DNA of 59,560 nucleotides from Candidatus Yonathbacteria bacterium RIFCSPLOWO2_01_FULL_43_27. GTDB lineage: Bacteria; Patescibacteriota; Minisyncoccia; Phycocordibacterales; UBA1550. The position numbers and the translations under genes were made by a program. The notes under the pieces are model-generated. The model worked only from the letters and a program-made list of their open reading frames with translations. It was not told the origin of the DNA and ran no database searches. The DNA lies in NCBI GenBank assembly GCA_001823545.1, contig MHUV01000007.1, positions 115 to 59,674 on the forward strand, given 5' to 3'. Numbering within the stretch: the first letter of the stretch is position 1; each line of letters opens with the position of its first letter. Positions 38,743-46,669 of this stretch are shown in pieces.

Positions 38743-40695
38743 ATGCATATTCTTACCGTTCTACCAATTACCCGAGGTGTTCTCAAAGGCACCTACACAT
38801 ACTTTTCAAAAGATCCCGCGGATATAGGATTAGTAATTTCTGTCCCTATTCGTTCACAAGAAATGCCTGCGCTCGTCGTAGAAACACAAGAGGTATTTGA
38901 TGCTAAATCAACGATAAAATCTTCAGGGTATGCTTTACGAAAAATTAAACAAATAAAACCTCTTACCATCTGGAACAGCGCTTTCATTGATGCGGTAGAT
39001 AAAACCGCACACATTCATGCGCAAGGATTTGGCGAGACACTTCTCACCCTCACTCCTAAAACAATTCTTGATGCATACCTTTCAAAAGATCTTGCTCTCC
39101 CCCACACGACATTTCCTTCATTTACTCACCACCCCCGTATTCTTGCTATCCAAAATAGCGCCACCGTGCGCCTCGAGTCCTACCAACGTCTCGTACGCGA
39201 ATCATTTGTCCGCCATGAATCAACATTTATCTGTGCTCCTACTGAGCAAGAAGTAGAACGAATTGGACAAATACTTAGCCACGGCATCGAAGACTATGTA
39301 TTTGTATTTCATAGCGGACTCTCCAAAAAACGCACCCTTGAACGGTGGCGCGCCGCACTTAAAGCAGAGCACGCTGTTCTTGTCGTTGGTACCCCGCAAT
39401 ATCTGGCACTCGGACGATATTTTGCAAGCATTATTTTAGATGAAGAACATGCACGTGGATGGAAGCCAATGGTACGTCCACTCATTGATATGCGTATCTT
39501 TGCAGAACAATACGCACATTTAGCCGGAAGCACTCTCATTCTTGGTGCTCCTATTCTTCGCGCTGAAACACAAAAGCGTATCAAAGAAGGAACGATTGAA
39601 GAATTTGAAAGAATTGCAGTACACACAGAGAAACATATTACCACCGCAATTATTGACCCTCGTATTGAAGAAAAAGCAATTAAAGAGAAGGCAGGAAAAC
39701 GCGTGGTACAAATGCTCACTAATGAAGTGCGCGCACTCATACAAACAGCACGTGAAAAAAATCAAAATATCGTGCTTGTCTCCGCACGAAAAGGACTGGC
39801 ACCTATTACTGTTTGTGGTGACTGCGGTACGGTTGTGCGCTGTACTACGTGCGATAACCCTCTCGTTATTCACCACGTCAAAAGTCGCGAGAAGACGACC
39901 ACACACACCACCGTCAAAAAAACTAGTGCAAGAATATTTACCTGCCACACCTGTGGTTTTGTACGTGTCCCTGAAGACGACGAACACGAAACGTGTCGCT
40001 CGTGTGGCGGATGGCGCCTTGGAGCGCTCGGTATCGGCACCGAACGAATACAGGAGGAAGTAGAAAAGTTTTTTCCGGATACTCCTCACGTTATTTTCGA
40101 TAGCGAACACATTACAACACGTACACAAGCAAAAAAATGCATCGCGCAGTTCGAGGAACATCCGCATTGTATTCTCATTGGTACCCCGATGGCCGTTCCC
40201 TACCTCACAAACGCAGACCATATAGTGATCATTTCGCTCGATTCACTCTTTGCAATCCCCGACTTTCGCATCAATGAGCACATTTTCGCGCTCGTCCTCA
40301 CGCTTCGTGAAAAGGCAACGGCATCGCTCCTCATCCAAACGCGCGCCGACGACACCACACTTTACACCCAAGCACTCGCAGGTGACCTTCTTACATTTTC
40401 TGAGAACGAACTTGCTCTCCGTAAAGCTTTTTCATACCCACCCTACAGCACAATTATCAAAATTATACTGCGCGGTACGAAAGAAGAATTTCCAGAAAAA
40501 ATTGCACTCCTAAAAACATTTCTCGCTCCCCTTGAGATCATTACTCCCAATACCGTATCGAAAGAACCAAAAAACACCTATCGCACGCACACCATTCTCA
40601 AGCTAAAAATCTGGCCTGACGAAAAACTCATCACCAAACTGCGCGCCCTTCCTCCCGAGTTCACCATCGACGTAAATCCAGACCATTTACTGTAG
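38743..40695 (+). CDS. priA: primosomal protein N' (degenerate helicase)
   Basis: HSGLS, IILDEEH, four CxxC Zn ligands, GIGTER, PDFR..E, YPPY; Walker A not recognisable. Confidence 0.85.
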   Translation: MHILTVLPITRGVLKGTYTYFSKDPADIGLVISVPIRSQEMPALVVETQEVFDAKSTIKSSGYALRKIKQIKPLTIWNSAFIDAVDKTAHIHAQGFGETLLTLTPKTILDAYLSKDLALPHTTFPSFTHHPRILAIQNSATVRLESYQRLVRESFVRHESTFICAPTEQEVERIGQILSHGIEDYVFVFHSGLSKKRTLERWRAALKAEHAVLVVGTPQYLALGRYFASIILDEEHARGWKPMVRPLIDMRIFAEQYAHLAGSTLILGAPILRAETQKRIKEGTIEEFERIAVHTEKHITTAIIDPRIEEKAIKEKAGKRVVQMLTNEVRALIQTAREKNQNIVLVSARKGLAPITVCGDCGTVVRCTTCDNPLVIHHVKSREKTTTHTTVKKTSARIFTCHTCGFVRVPEDDEHETCRSCGGWRLGALGIGTERIQEEVEKFFPDTPHVIFDSEHITTRTQAKKCIAQFEEHPHCILIGTPMAVPYLTNADHIVIISLDSLFAIPDFRINEHIFALVLTLREKATASLLIQTRADDTTLYTQALAGDLLTFSENELALRKAFSYPPYSTIIKIILRGTKEEFPEKIALLKTFLAPLEIITPNTVSKEPKNTYRTHTILKLKIWPDEKLITKLRALPPEFTIDVNPDHLL

Positions 40696-40738
40696 CACTT
40701 CAAAAAAGTAACTATTTAAGGTATACTGTGTCCGAAAT

Positions 40739-41320
40739 ATGGCAAAAATACTCCAGCAAGATGCGCCGGTTCTTCGGGCAGAAGCTGAACCTGTCAACCC
40801 AAAAGATTTTGGCTCACCACGCCTCAAAAAAATCTTACAAGATATGCGCGTCGCCCTTGAGAAAGAAGAGGACGGCGTTGCGATCGCTGCTCCGCAAATT
40901 GGCGTTCCTTTGCGTATTTTTATTGTGTCACATCGTGTGTTTGAAATGGATGACACCTCTTCGGAGACTTCCCCGCAAGGTGAACCACAACCTCCAGTCA
41001 AAAAAGCACCAGCACGCGATATGGTTTTCATCAATCCAAGCTTGCTGAAAGTATCTCGCAAAAAGAAGTGGGTCCCCGAAGGATGCCTTTCAGTTCGCTG
41101 GCTCTATGGCGAAGTCGCCCGTGCCGACAAAGCAACGGTACGCGCATATGATGAACAAGGGAAACTTTTTACCCGTGGCGCAGGGGGACTTCTCGCACAA
41201 ATATTTCAGCACGAAACCGATCACTTAAACGGCGTACTTTTTATCGATACTGCGCGCAATGTAGAACAAGTTACGAAAGAAGAAATCGAACGACAAAAAC
41301 ACCAACATCACCATGAGTAA
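40739..41320 (+). CDS. def: peptide deformylase
   Basis: GVAIAAPQIG, EGCLS, QHETDHL. Confidence 0.96.
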   Translation: MAKILQQDAPVLRAEAEPVNPKDFGSPRLKKILQDMRVALEKEEDGVAIAAPQIGVPLRIFIVSHRVFEMDDTSSETSPQGEPQPPVKKAPARDMVFINPSLLKVSRKKKWVPEGCLSVRWLYGEVARADKATVRAYDEQGKLFTRGAGGLLAQIFQHETDHLNGVLFIDTARNVEQVTKEEIERQKHQHHHE

Positions 41321-42203
41321 TATCCAAGAAGCCCCACCCACCCTCTCGTTTACCTTTTTCGGCACCTCACACATTTCTGTCATCATTCTTGAAGAATTGC
41401 TTCGTGGTGGCTTAACGCCCACCCTTATTGTTACCGCGCCACCGAAACAAAAAGGGCGCGGTCTCTCACTCACCCCCAGCGAAGTAAAAGTATGGGCAGA
41501 CGCGCACCATATCCCAACCCTCGAACCAGAAAAACTTAATGATGAATGTTATAACCAACTGCTTGCCGGAAATTTTGAATTGTTTGTTATTGCATCGTAC
41601 GGAAAAATCATCCCTGAAAGGATCCTTAATATGCCACGCCACGGCACCTTAAATGTTCATCCTTCCCTTCTGCCAAAACTTCGAGGTGCCTCTCCACTCC
41701 AAGGAAGCATCCTTGAAGACGTTCCCGTAGGTTCAACACACGAAACGGGCGTGACCATTATGCTTATTGATGAAGAAGTAGACCACGGCCCTATTGTTGC
41801 ACAGGAAAAAATCTCTCTCCCTAACTGGCCACCAAAAGGAAGTGAACTCGAACACACCCTTGGTGTTCTTGGTGGAAAGCTACTCGTAAAAACGATTCCT
41901 CTCTGGACAGCAGGAACTATCACCCCTAGCGCACAAGAACACAACAAAGCCACCTACACAAAGAAAGTCACCAAAGAAAGCGGACACATTGACCTCGCTG
42001 ACGATCCAGAGCGTATGTATCGCAAGATCCGTGCTTTCGATGTATGGCCTCGCTCATACTTCACCACCACGCGAAGTGGACGCGAAATGCGGGTGGTCGT
42101 TACCGACGCAAAAATAGAAGAGGGAAAACTCGTTCCGCTCCGTGTAATTCCAGAAGGAAAGAAAGAAATGAATTACGAAGATTTCCTAAAAGGACAAAAA
42201 TAA
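41313..42203 (+). CDS. fmt: methionyl-tRNA formyltransferase
   Basis: FFGTS, GRG, SYGKII, NVHPSLLPKLRGASP, DHGPI. Confidence 0.95.
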   Translation: MSNIQEAPPTLSFTFFGTSHISVIILEELLRGGLTPTLIVTAPPKQKGRGLSLTPSEVKVWADAHHIPTLEPEKLNDECYNQLLAGNFELFVIASYGKIIPERILNMPRHGTLNVHPSLLPKLRGASPLQGSILEDVPVGSTHETGVTIMLIDEEVDHGPIVAQEKISLPNWPPKGSELEHTLGVLGGKLLVKTIPLWTAGTITPSAQEHNKATYTKKVTKESGHIDLADDPERMYRKIRAFDVWPRSYFTTTRSGREMRVVVTDAKIEEGKLVPLRVIPEGKKEMNYEDFLKGQK

Positions 42204-42233
42204 AAAAGCAGGCAAGATTTCTCTTGCCTGCTT
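42202..42233. terminator. terminator between convergent genes
   Basis: AAGCAGGCAAGA-N4-TCTTGCCTGCTT. Confidence 0.75.
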
Positions 42234-42247
42234 CAGGTCAACAGGGT

Positions 42248-43054
42248 TTAACTACCGGCAAGGAAGAGCTCCATCCATCTCTTCTCGAAGATCTCTTTAG
42301 CAGTACTTCCATTCGGAGCAGTATTATACAATTCTCGCGCTTCCTCCGCCGTCCGGCATGCAGGAGCTTTTACAGAAGCCTCAGCGTTAGAAAGTTCTTC
42401 TAATCGCGTCTTGAAGATCTTCTCCACAGTGCTTCCTTCCGGAGCGTTGTAATACAACTTTTGCGCCTCCTCCGCCGTCTGGCACGCAAGAGCTTTCGAG
42501 GGAGCCTCAATGTTTAAAAGATCCTCCCACAACATCTTGAAGATATTCTGAGCAGCGCTTTCGTCCGGAGCACCTCCAAATAACTCAAATGCCTCCTCGA
42601 CTGTCCAGCACGTTGCAGCTCTTGCGATAGCTTCAGCGTTTGCGAGTTCTTTCCACCGCGCCTTGAATATCTTCTCATCAATGCTTCCATTCGGAGCACA
42701 GAAATACAACTTTCGCGCTTCCTCCGACCTCCGGCACGCTGCAGCTTTTGAGGAAAGTTTTGCTTCCGTTGCGTTTAGGATCTCTGTATACCGCGCGTTG
42801 AATATTTTTTCAGCAGTGCTTCTTTTTGGAGCGTTGATGCGCAAATCCCGCGCCTCCTCCACCGTCCGACATGAAAGAGCTTTTGCGGGAGCCTCAGCGT
42901 TTGCGAGCTCTTTCCACCGCGCCTTAAAGATATTCTCAGTGGTGCTTCCTTTTGGAGCGTTGGAAAACAACTTTTTCGCTTCCTCTGCTGTCTGGCATGT
43001 GGCGGCTCTTTCAGTGATCTCCCTCAACAAAACATCTAATGTCTTAGACTGCAT
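42248..43054 (-). CDS. tandem 42-aa helical repeat protein (6 repeats)
   Basis: Consensus KA.AC.T.EEA..L...AP.GS..E.IFK.RW.EL.NAEA; SD GAGGAGGTG. Confidence 0.85.
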   Translation of the reverse strand: MQSKTLDVLLREITERAATCQTAEEAKKLFSNAPKGSTTENIFKARWKELANAEAPAKALSCRTVEEARDLRINAPKRSTAEKIFNARYTEILNATEAKLSSKAAACRRSEEARKLYFCAPNGSIDEKIFKARWKELANAEAIARAATCWTVEEAFELFGGAPDESAAQNIFKMLWEDLLNIEAPSKALACQTAEEAQKLYYNAPEGSTVEKIFKTRLEELSNAEASVKAPACRTAEEARELYNTAPNGSTAKEIFEKRWMELFLAGS

Positions 43055-43191
43055 ATTCTCACCTCCTCAATTTTTTGTGTTCTATCTGTTTATTATTTTA
43101 GCACAATTAAACATACACGTCAAGAATTTACATAAGAAAAATGAAGTTGGTGCAAAGTCTCTTGTCTCACAAGACGCAGTTTAAGATTTTA

Positions 43192-43221
43192 TAAAAACCG
43201 CGCTTCTTGCGAAGCGCGGTT
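43192..43221 (-). terminator. intrinsic terminator
   Basis: AACCGCGCTTC...GAAGCGCGGTT with A-run. Confidence 0.8.
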
Positions 43222-43247
43222 AAGAGTCTTTTCGACCTTACAAACCC

Positions 43248-43601
43248 TCATCTCTCTCGAACAAAAAGAACTTCGGTCCCTCGAGGTAACGTCCATACAA
43301 CGTCTTCTTTGGCTTCCTCAACCCAAGAACCATTGATCCTGTAAATTTTTGCAAGAGCACATGCTTTTGCAAAAAACACAGGGCCAATCCCGACGGCCCT
43401 CGAGTGCCACCGCGAAGGTGAGTACTTTTGTGCAAACGCCTTGAGTTCCTCTTTTTTTGCGATCCTGAAGTCGTTACTTTCAGCTTCGTACAATAAAGAT
43501 ATTTCTGTATCAGATAATAAACGGAACACCATTGCTTCCCTACCATCAGGAAGCGTGAGGTCTACCCCTAGCAAGTTCAAAAAAACGAGTTTTATACTCA
43601 T
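43248..43601 (-). CDS. hypothetical protein (orphan cassette)
   Basis: AGGAGG SD, TGATATAAT promoter, own terminator. Confidence 0.65.
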   Translation of the reverse strand: MSIKLVFLNLLGVDLTLPDGREAMVFRLLSDTEISLLYEAESNDFRIAKKEELKAFAQKYSPSRWHSRAVGIGPVFFAKACALAKIYRINGSWVEEAKEDVVWTLPRGTEVLFVRER

Positions 43602-43671
43602 AGCAACCTCCTGTTTGAAGTTATAGTCTTGCAATATTATATCAAATCTACAAACACGAGTATACAGTTAT

Positions 43672-43938
43672 AAAAAAACCGCGCTATCATCACGACAGTG
43701 CGGTTAGCAGCCTTTTCGGCTCGGGTGCTACTACTATGACCCTATCCACTCTTTGGCTTTCAAGGCGTGGATGCCTCGTAATCTAAGACTTCATCGGAAT
43801 TTTTGGCGGTGCCGTCTCATTTTGCGAGATACCCCTTTGTTTGCAAGCCTACTTTGTTTTCAGGGTGTAGGTCCCTGTCAAAATTTGGTTCGGAGTTTTT
43901 GCCGTCGAGGCATCTGCTCTCCTCCTTAATTTTATCTT
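43672..43938 (-). ncRNA. candidate structured ncRNA / micro-ORF transcript
   Basis: Bounded by a consensus promoter and a terminator; no ORF after the SD-led ATG longer than 11 codons; H-type pseudoknot and 9-bp long-range helix. Confidence 0.35.
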
Positions 43939-43943
43939 AAAAC

Positions 43944-43971
43944 ATTATAGCAAATCTACAGATATTGTCAA
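43944..43971 (-). promoter_or_regulatory. consensus sigma70 promoter
   Basis: TTGACA-N16-TATAAT with TG extension on minus strand. Confidence 0.75.
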
Positions 43972-45038
43972 GAGCGTGTATAACCGCACCCACTTTTGCA
44001 CTCCTTGGAGAAAATTACTTGATAATAGGGTGATTGTACCAGAAACTGCATAGGTGACAACTTGTTCTCAAACGCTCCGTGTACCCGCTCGGTGTTGTAA
44101 AAAACAAGCCAGTCCATAAGAGCATGGTTGAACTTCATGGGGTCAAGAAGAAGTCCGGTGTGGTAGTCCACAAATTCTTCTTGAATCGTGCGATTGAATC
44201 GCTCCACATGGGCGTTCATCTTGGGTGTTCTGGGGTAGGTGTGGTAGTGCGTGAGGTGGAGATTCTTGATCTCTTCATTAAAGTGCTTCTTGAACTCAGA
44301 ACCATTGTCGGTGAGTACGAACTCCATTTGAAATGGAAATACGACACGACAGAGATCAAAGAATTCTTTGGCGGCAAGCGATGCGTGTGAGGTCGTGCAC
44401 CATGCAAAGGCAAAGCGAGTGTGAATGTCCTCAAAGGTGATGATGTACCTCCTGCATCCGTTCACAAAGCGTTCGATGGTGTCGAGGGCGACGACATGTC
44501 CCGCGTGCGTGATCTTCAAATGCTTTGGTTTCCTTAAGACTTTCTGACGATTTACTTTTTTGATCTTGCCGAAGTGGGATACCTTTTGCGGGAACTTCCG
44601 CAGCCCTCCCATATCTTTCATGAGGCGTCCGATGGTCACGGGCTTGGGGCACGGGAGATTGTTTGCCGTACAGAACTTTGTGAGAAATGGGTAGAGTTTT
44701 TCTTCTCCGAGATTTGGGTACTTGTCACGCAGGCGACGTATCTCGTCCAAGGTGTTTGCGTCCCAGAGACGTCTCCTTGTTACTTTGGGACTCTTAGATC
44801 CCGAATTTAATGCTTGAATCTTACCACCGCCCTTCTTGAGATTTTTCTGCCAGTAAAAGAGTGTCCGCCGATGCACCCCGTATGCTTCTAAAACTGCTTC
44901 AGTTCCATGCTTCTTCCAAAATGTCAGTATTCTCGCCCGTTCTTGTGCTTGTTCGGTGATCATATACCGAAAGCGTATCAGACGATCGGATAAAATAGCA
45001 GACCCTTTAATTCCTTTATTTTGATTGAATATCCTCAT
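43968..45038 (-). CDS. IS481-family DDE transposase
   Basis: N-terminal HTH, ALDT, LTDNGSEF, P.TPKMNAHVERFNRT, YNTERVH. Confidence 0.92.
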   Translation of the reverse strand: MRIFNQNKGIKGSAILSDRLIRFRYMITEQAQERARILTFWKKHGTEAVLEAYGVHRRTLFYWQKNLKKGGGKIQALNSGSKSPKVTRRRLWDANTLDEIRRLRDKYPNLGEEKLYPFLTKFCTANNLPCPKPVTIGRLMKDMGGLRKFPQKVSHFGKIKKVNRQKVLRKPKHLKITHAGHVVALDTIERFVNGCRRYIITFEDIHTRFAFAWCTTSHASLAAKEFFDLCRVVFPFQMEFVLTDNGSEFKKHFNEEIKNLHLTHYHTYPRTPKMNAHVERFNRTIQEEFVDYHTGLLLDPMKFNHALMDWLVFYNTERVHGAFENKLSPMQFLVQSPYYQVIFSKECKSGCGYTRS

Positions 45039-45083
45039 TTCTTTGGTTTCCCAAAGAGTGCAATATGTATGTGAGGTTATGCA
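43977..45083 (-). mobile_element. IS481-family insertion sequence, 1107 bp, 5-bp TSD GAGCG
   Basis: Imperfect terminal IRs TGTATAACCGCACCCACTTTTGCACTC / TGCATAACCTCACATACATATTGCACTC; GAGCG at 43972-43976 and 45084-45088. Confidence 0.88.
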
Positions 45084-45128
45084 GAGCGACAAAAAAACAC
45101 CAATTTTATTGGTGTTTTTTTGTCGCTC
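45084..45128 (-). terminator. long hairpin terminator of cyclophilin gene
   Basis: GAGCGACAAAAAAACACCAAT-TTT-ATTGGTGTTTTTTTGTCGCTC perfect 21-bp stem. Confidence 0.75.
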
Positions 45129-45140
45129 GTCTCTATAAGC

Positions 45141-45779
45141 CTATTTTACTTCAATTTTTTCTACGATCATATCCTCGAGTGGTCGGTCAGCAACTCCTGT
45201 TGCCGTGTTTTCTATCGCAGTGACAGTCTCCATACCAGACGTCACACGTCCAAAGACGGTGTGTTTTGTATCAAGAAAGTTGTTGTTGGCCGTATTGATA
45301 AAGAACTGACTGCCGTTTGTGTTAGGTCCCGCATTCGCCATTGAAATCGTACCGATATCATTTTTATTCTCTGGAGTAATTTCGTCCGCAAACTGATACC
45401 CAGGACCACCAGTTCCCCACCTATTCTGATTGCTTGCCTCCTTTGAAAGCGGATCGCCACCTTGAATCATAAATCCTTTAATTACCCGGTGAAAGCGCGT
45501 GCCGTTATAAAAACTATCGTTCGCAAGCTTCTTGAAATTCTCAACCGTTTTTGGTGCACGCTCGGTAAAAAGTTCAAGAGTAATAATTCCTTTATTGGTC
45601 GTAATAGTTGCCGTAGTCATAGTAGTTGTATTAAGGGTAGATGTGGTAATAAGTTCTTTTGATAAGGTGGCGGATTCAGGTGCGGTATCTTTCTGTGGAG
45701 TAGTTCTGCCATTCACCCAAACCATACCAACAACAAAAATAATCGCGAGAGTAGTGAAAATGATATTTCGTGTATTCAT
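45141..45779 (-). CDS. cyclophilin-type peptidyl-prolyl isomerase, membrane anchored
   Basis: APKTVENF, FHRVIKGFMIQGGDP, SMANAGPNTNGSQFFI, HTVFGRV. Confidence 0.95.
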   Translation of the reverse strand: MNTRNIIFTTLAIIFVVGMVWVNGRTTPQKDTAPESATLSKELITTSTLNTTTMTTATITTNKGIITLELFTERAPKTVENFKKLANDSFYNGTRFHRVIKGFMIQGGDPLSKEASNQNRWGTGGPGYQFADEITPENKNDIGTISMANAGPNTNGSQFFINTANNNFLDTKHTVFGRVTSGMETVTAIENTATGVADRPLEDMIVEKIEVK

Positions 45780-45783
45780 AGGT

Positions 45784-46155
45784 TTAATCTTTCCTTCCAA
45801 ATCGAATTATATTTTTAATCATACCAGCGCCACGGCGTACGAGGGTGCGATTTTTTTCTTTATTTGAATTAAGTTCGCGCACGATTTCATTACGTACATC
45901 GTCAATCGCTGCGTACAAATCAGACTTTTCAGAAACAGCACGATATTTTTTACCTCGCACCACCATCATTACCTCTGCACAAAAGATATCCCCGGCATTG
46001 TGATGTCGTGTAGACATACCAATTTCAACATTCGCGAGAATAACTTCTTCTTCGTGAGGTGGCGCAAACTTTTCTACACTGTTAATTTTTTCCTCAACAT
46101 ATGCCGAAAGAGCACTCGTGAGTTCTATGTTGGTTGTTTTTATTTTTATCTGCAT
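45784..46155 (-). CDS. hpf: ribosome hibernation factor (RaiA/HPF)
   Basis: MQI.I...NIELT.AL..YVEEK, DLYAAID. Confidence 0.9.
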   Translation of the reverse strand: MQIKIKTTNIELTSALSAYVEEKINSVEKFAPPHEEEVILANVEIGMSTRHHNAGDIFCAEVMMVVRGKKYRAVSEKSDLYAAIDDVRNEIVRELNSNKEKNRTLVRRGAGMIKNIIRFGRKD

Positions 46156-46282
46156 ATACTCATTTTAGCACCACCTAAGGATTTGGCAACTCATTGAGTG
46201 AGGAGCTTAAAGCTCTCTCACTCACGCACACGCACACAGGGGCTGTTTATCTAGAACCGTTCTAGATGTTTCTTTTATGCAA

Positions 46283-46324
46283 CTATCGACGTATAATATA
46301 CTATAGTATATTATACGTCGATAG
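46283..46324. repeat. perfect 42-bp palindrome
   Basis: CTATCGACGTATAATATACTA|TAGTATATTATACGTCGATAG. Confidence 0.9.
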
Positions 46325-46409
46325 GGGGAATATATGTTTACAAATATATGAGAATTCTCATATACAGGTGACATTATACACTCGTACAATACAAGCTCTC
46401 TTCAAAAAA

Positions 46410-46640
46410 CTATTGCAAGATATCAGGGATACTTAGTATTTTCCCTGGACTATGATGTCCGGAAATAATACGAATCTGCTTTGGAGAAATACCGTAATGC
46501 AGAGCTATAAGCTCAAGTACCCGCACATTAGCACGGTTTTGCTCTGCCGGTTCCTTCACCGAAACAAGAAAGGAGTCTTCCCGCTCGCGCGAAAATGACT
46601 CCTTCTTTGCATCTGCAGTTACGCGTACGCGTATATACAT
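46410..46640 (-). CDS. DUF167 (YggU-like) protein
   Basis: VRV...AKKE, V.EPAEQNRAN, I.I.SGH.SP.K. Confidence 0.85.
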   Translation of the reverse strand: MYIRVRVTADAKKESFSREREDSFLVSVKEPAEQNRANVRVLELIALHYGISPKQIRIISGHHSPGKILSIPDILQ

Positions 46641-46669
46641 AGATAATAAATGAATGCACCTAAAACAAA

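Noticed and set aside
43672-43938. tmRNA (pseudoknot followed by GCA AAC AAA, ANK...)
   Set aside because: No GGGG 5' end or T-arm/CCA 3' end, and the reading frame does not end in a hydrophobic Ala-rich tag
46156-46409. raiA-motif RNA upstream of hpf/raiA
   Set aside because: AT-rich perfect palindromes rather than the conserved raiA core; hpf appears leaderless
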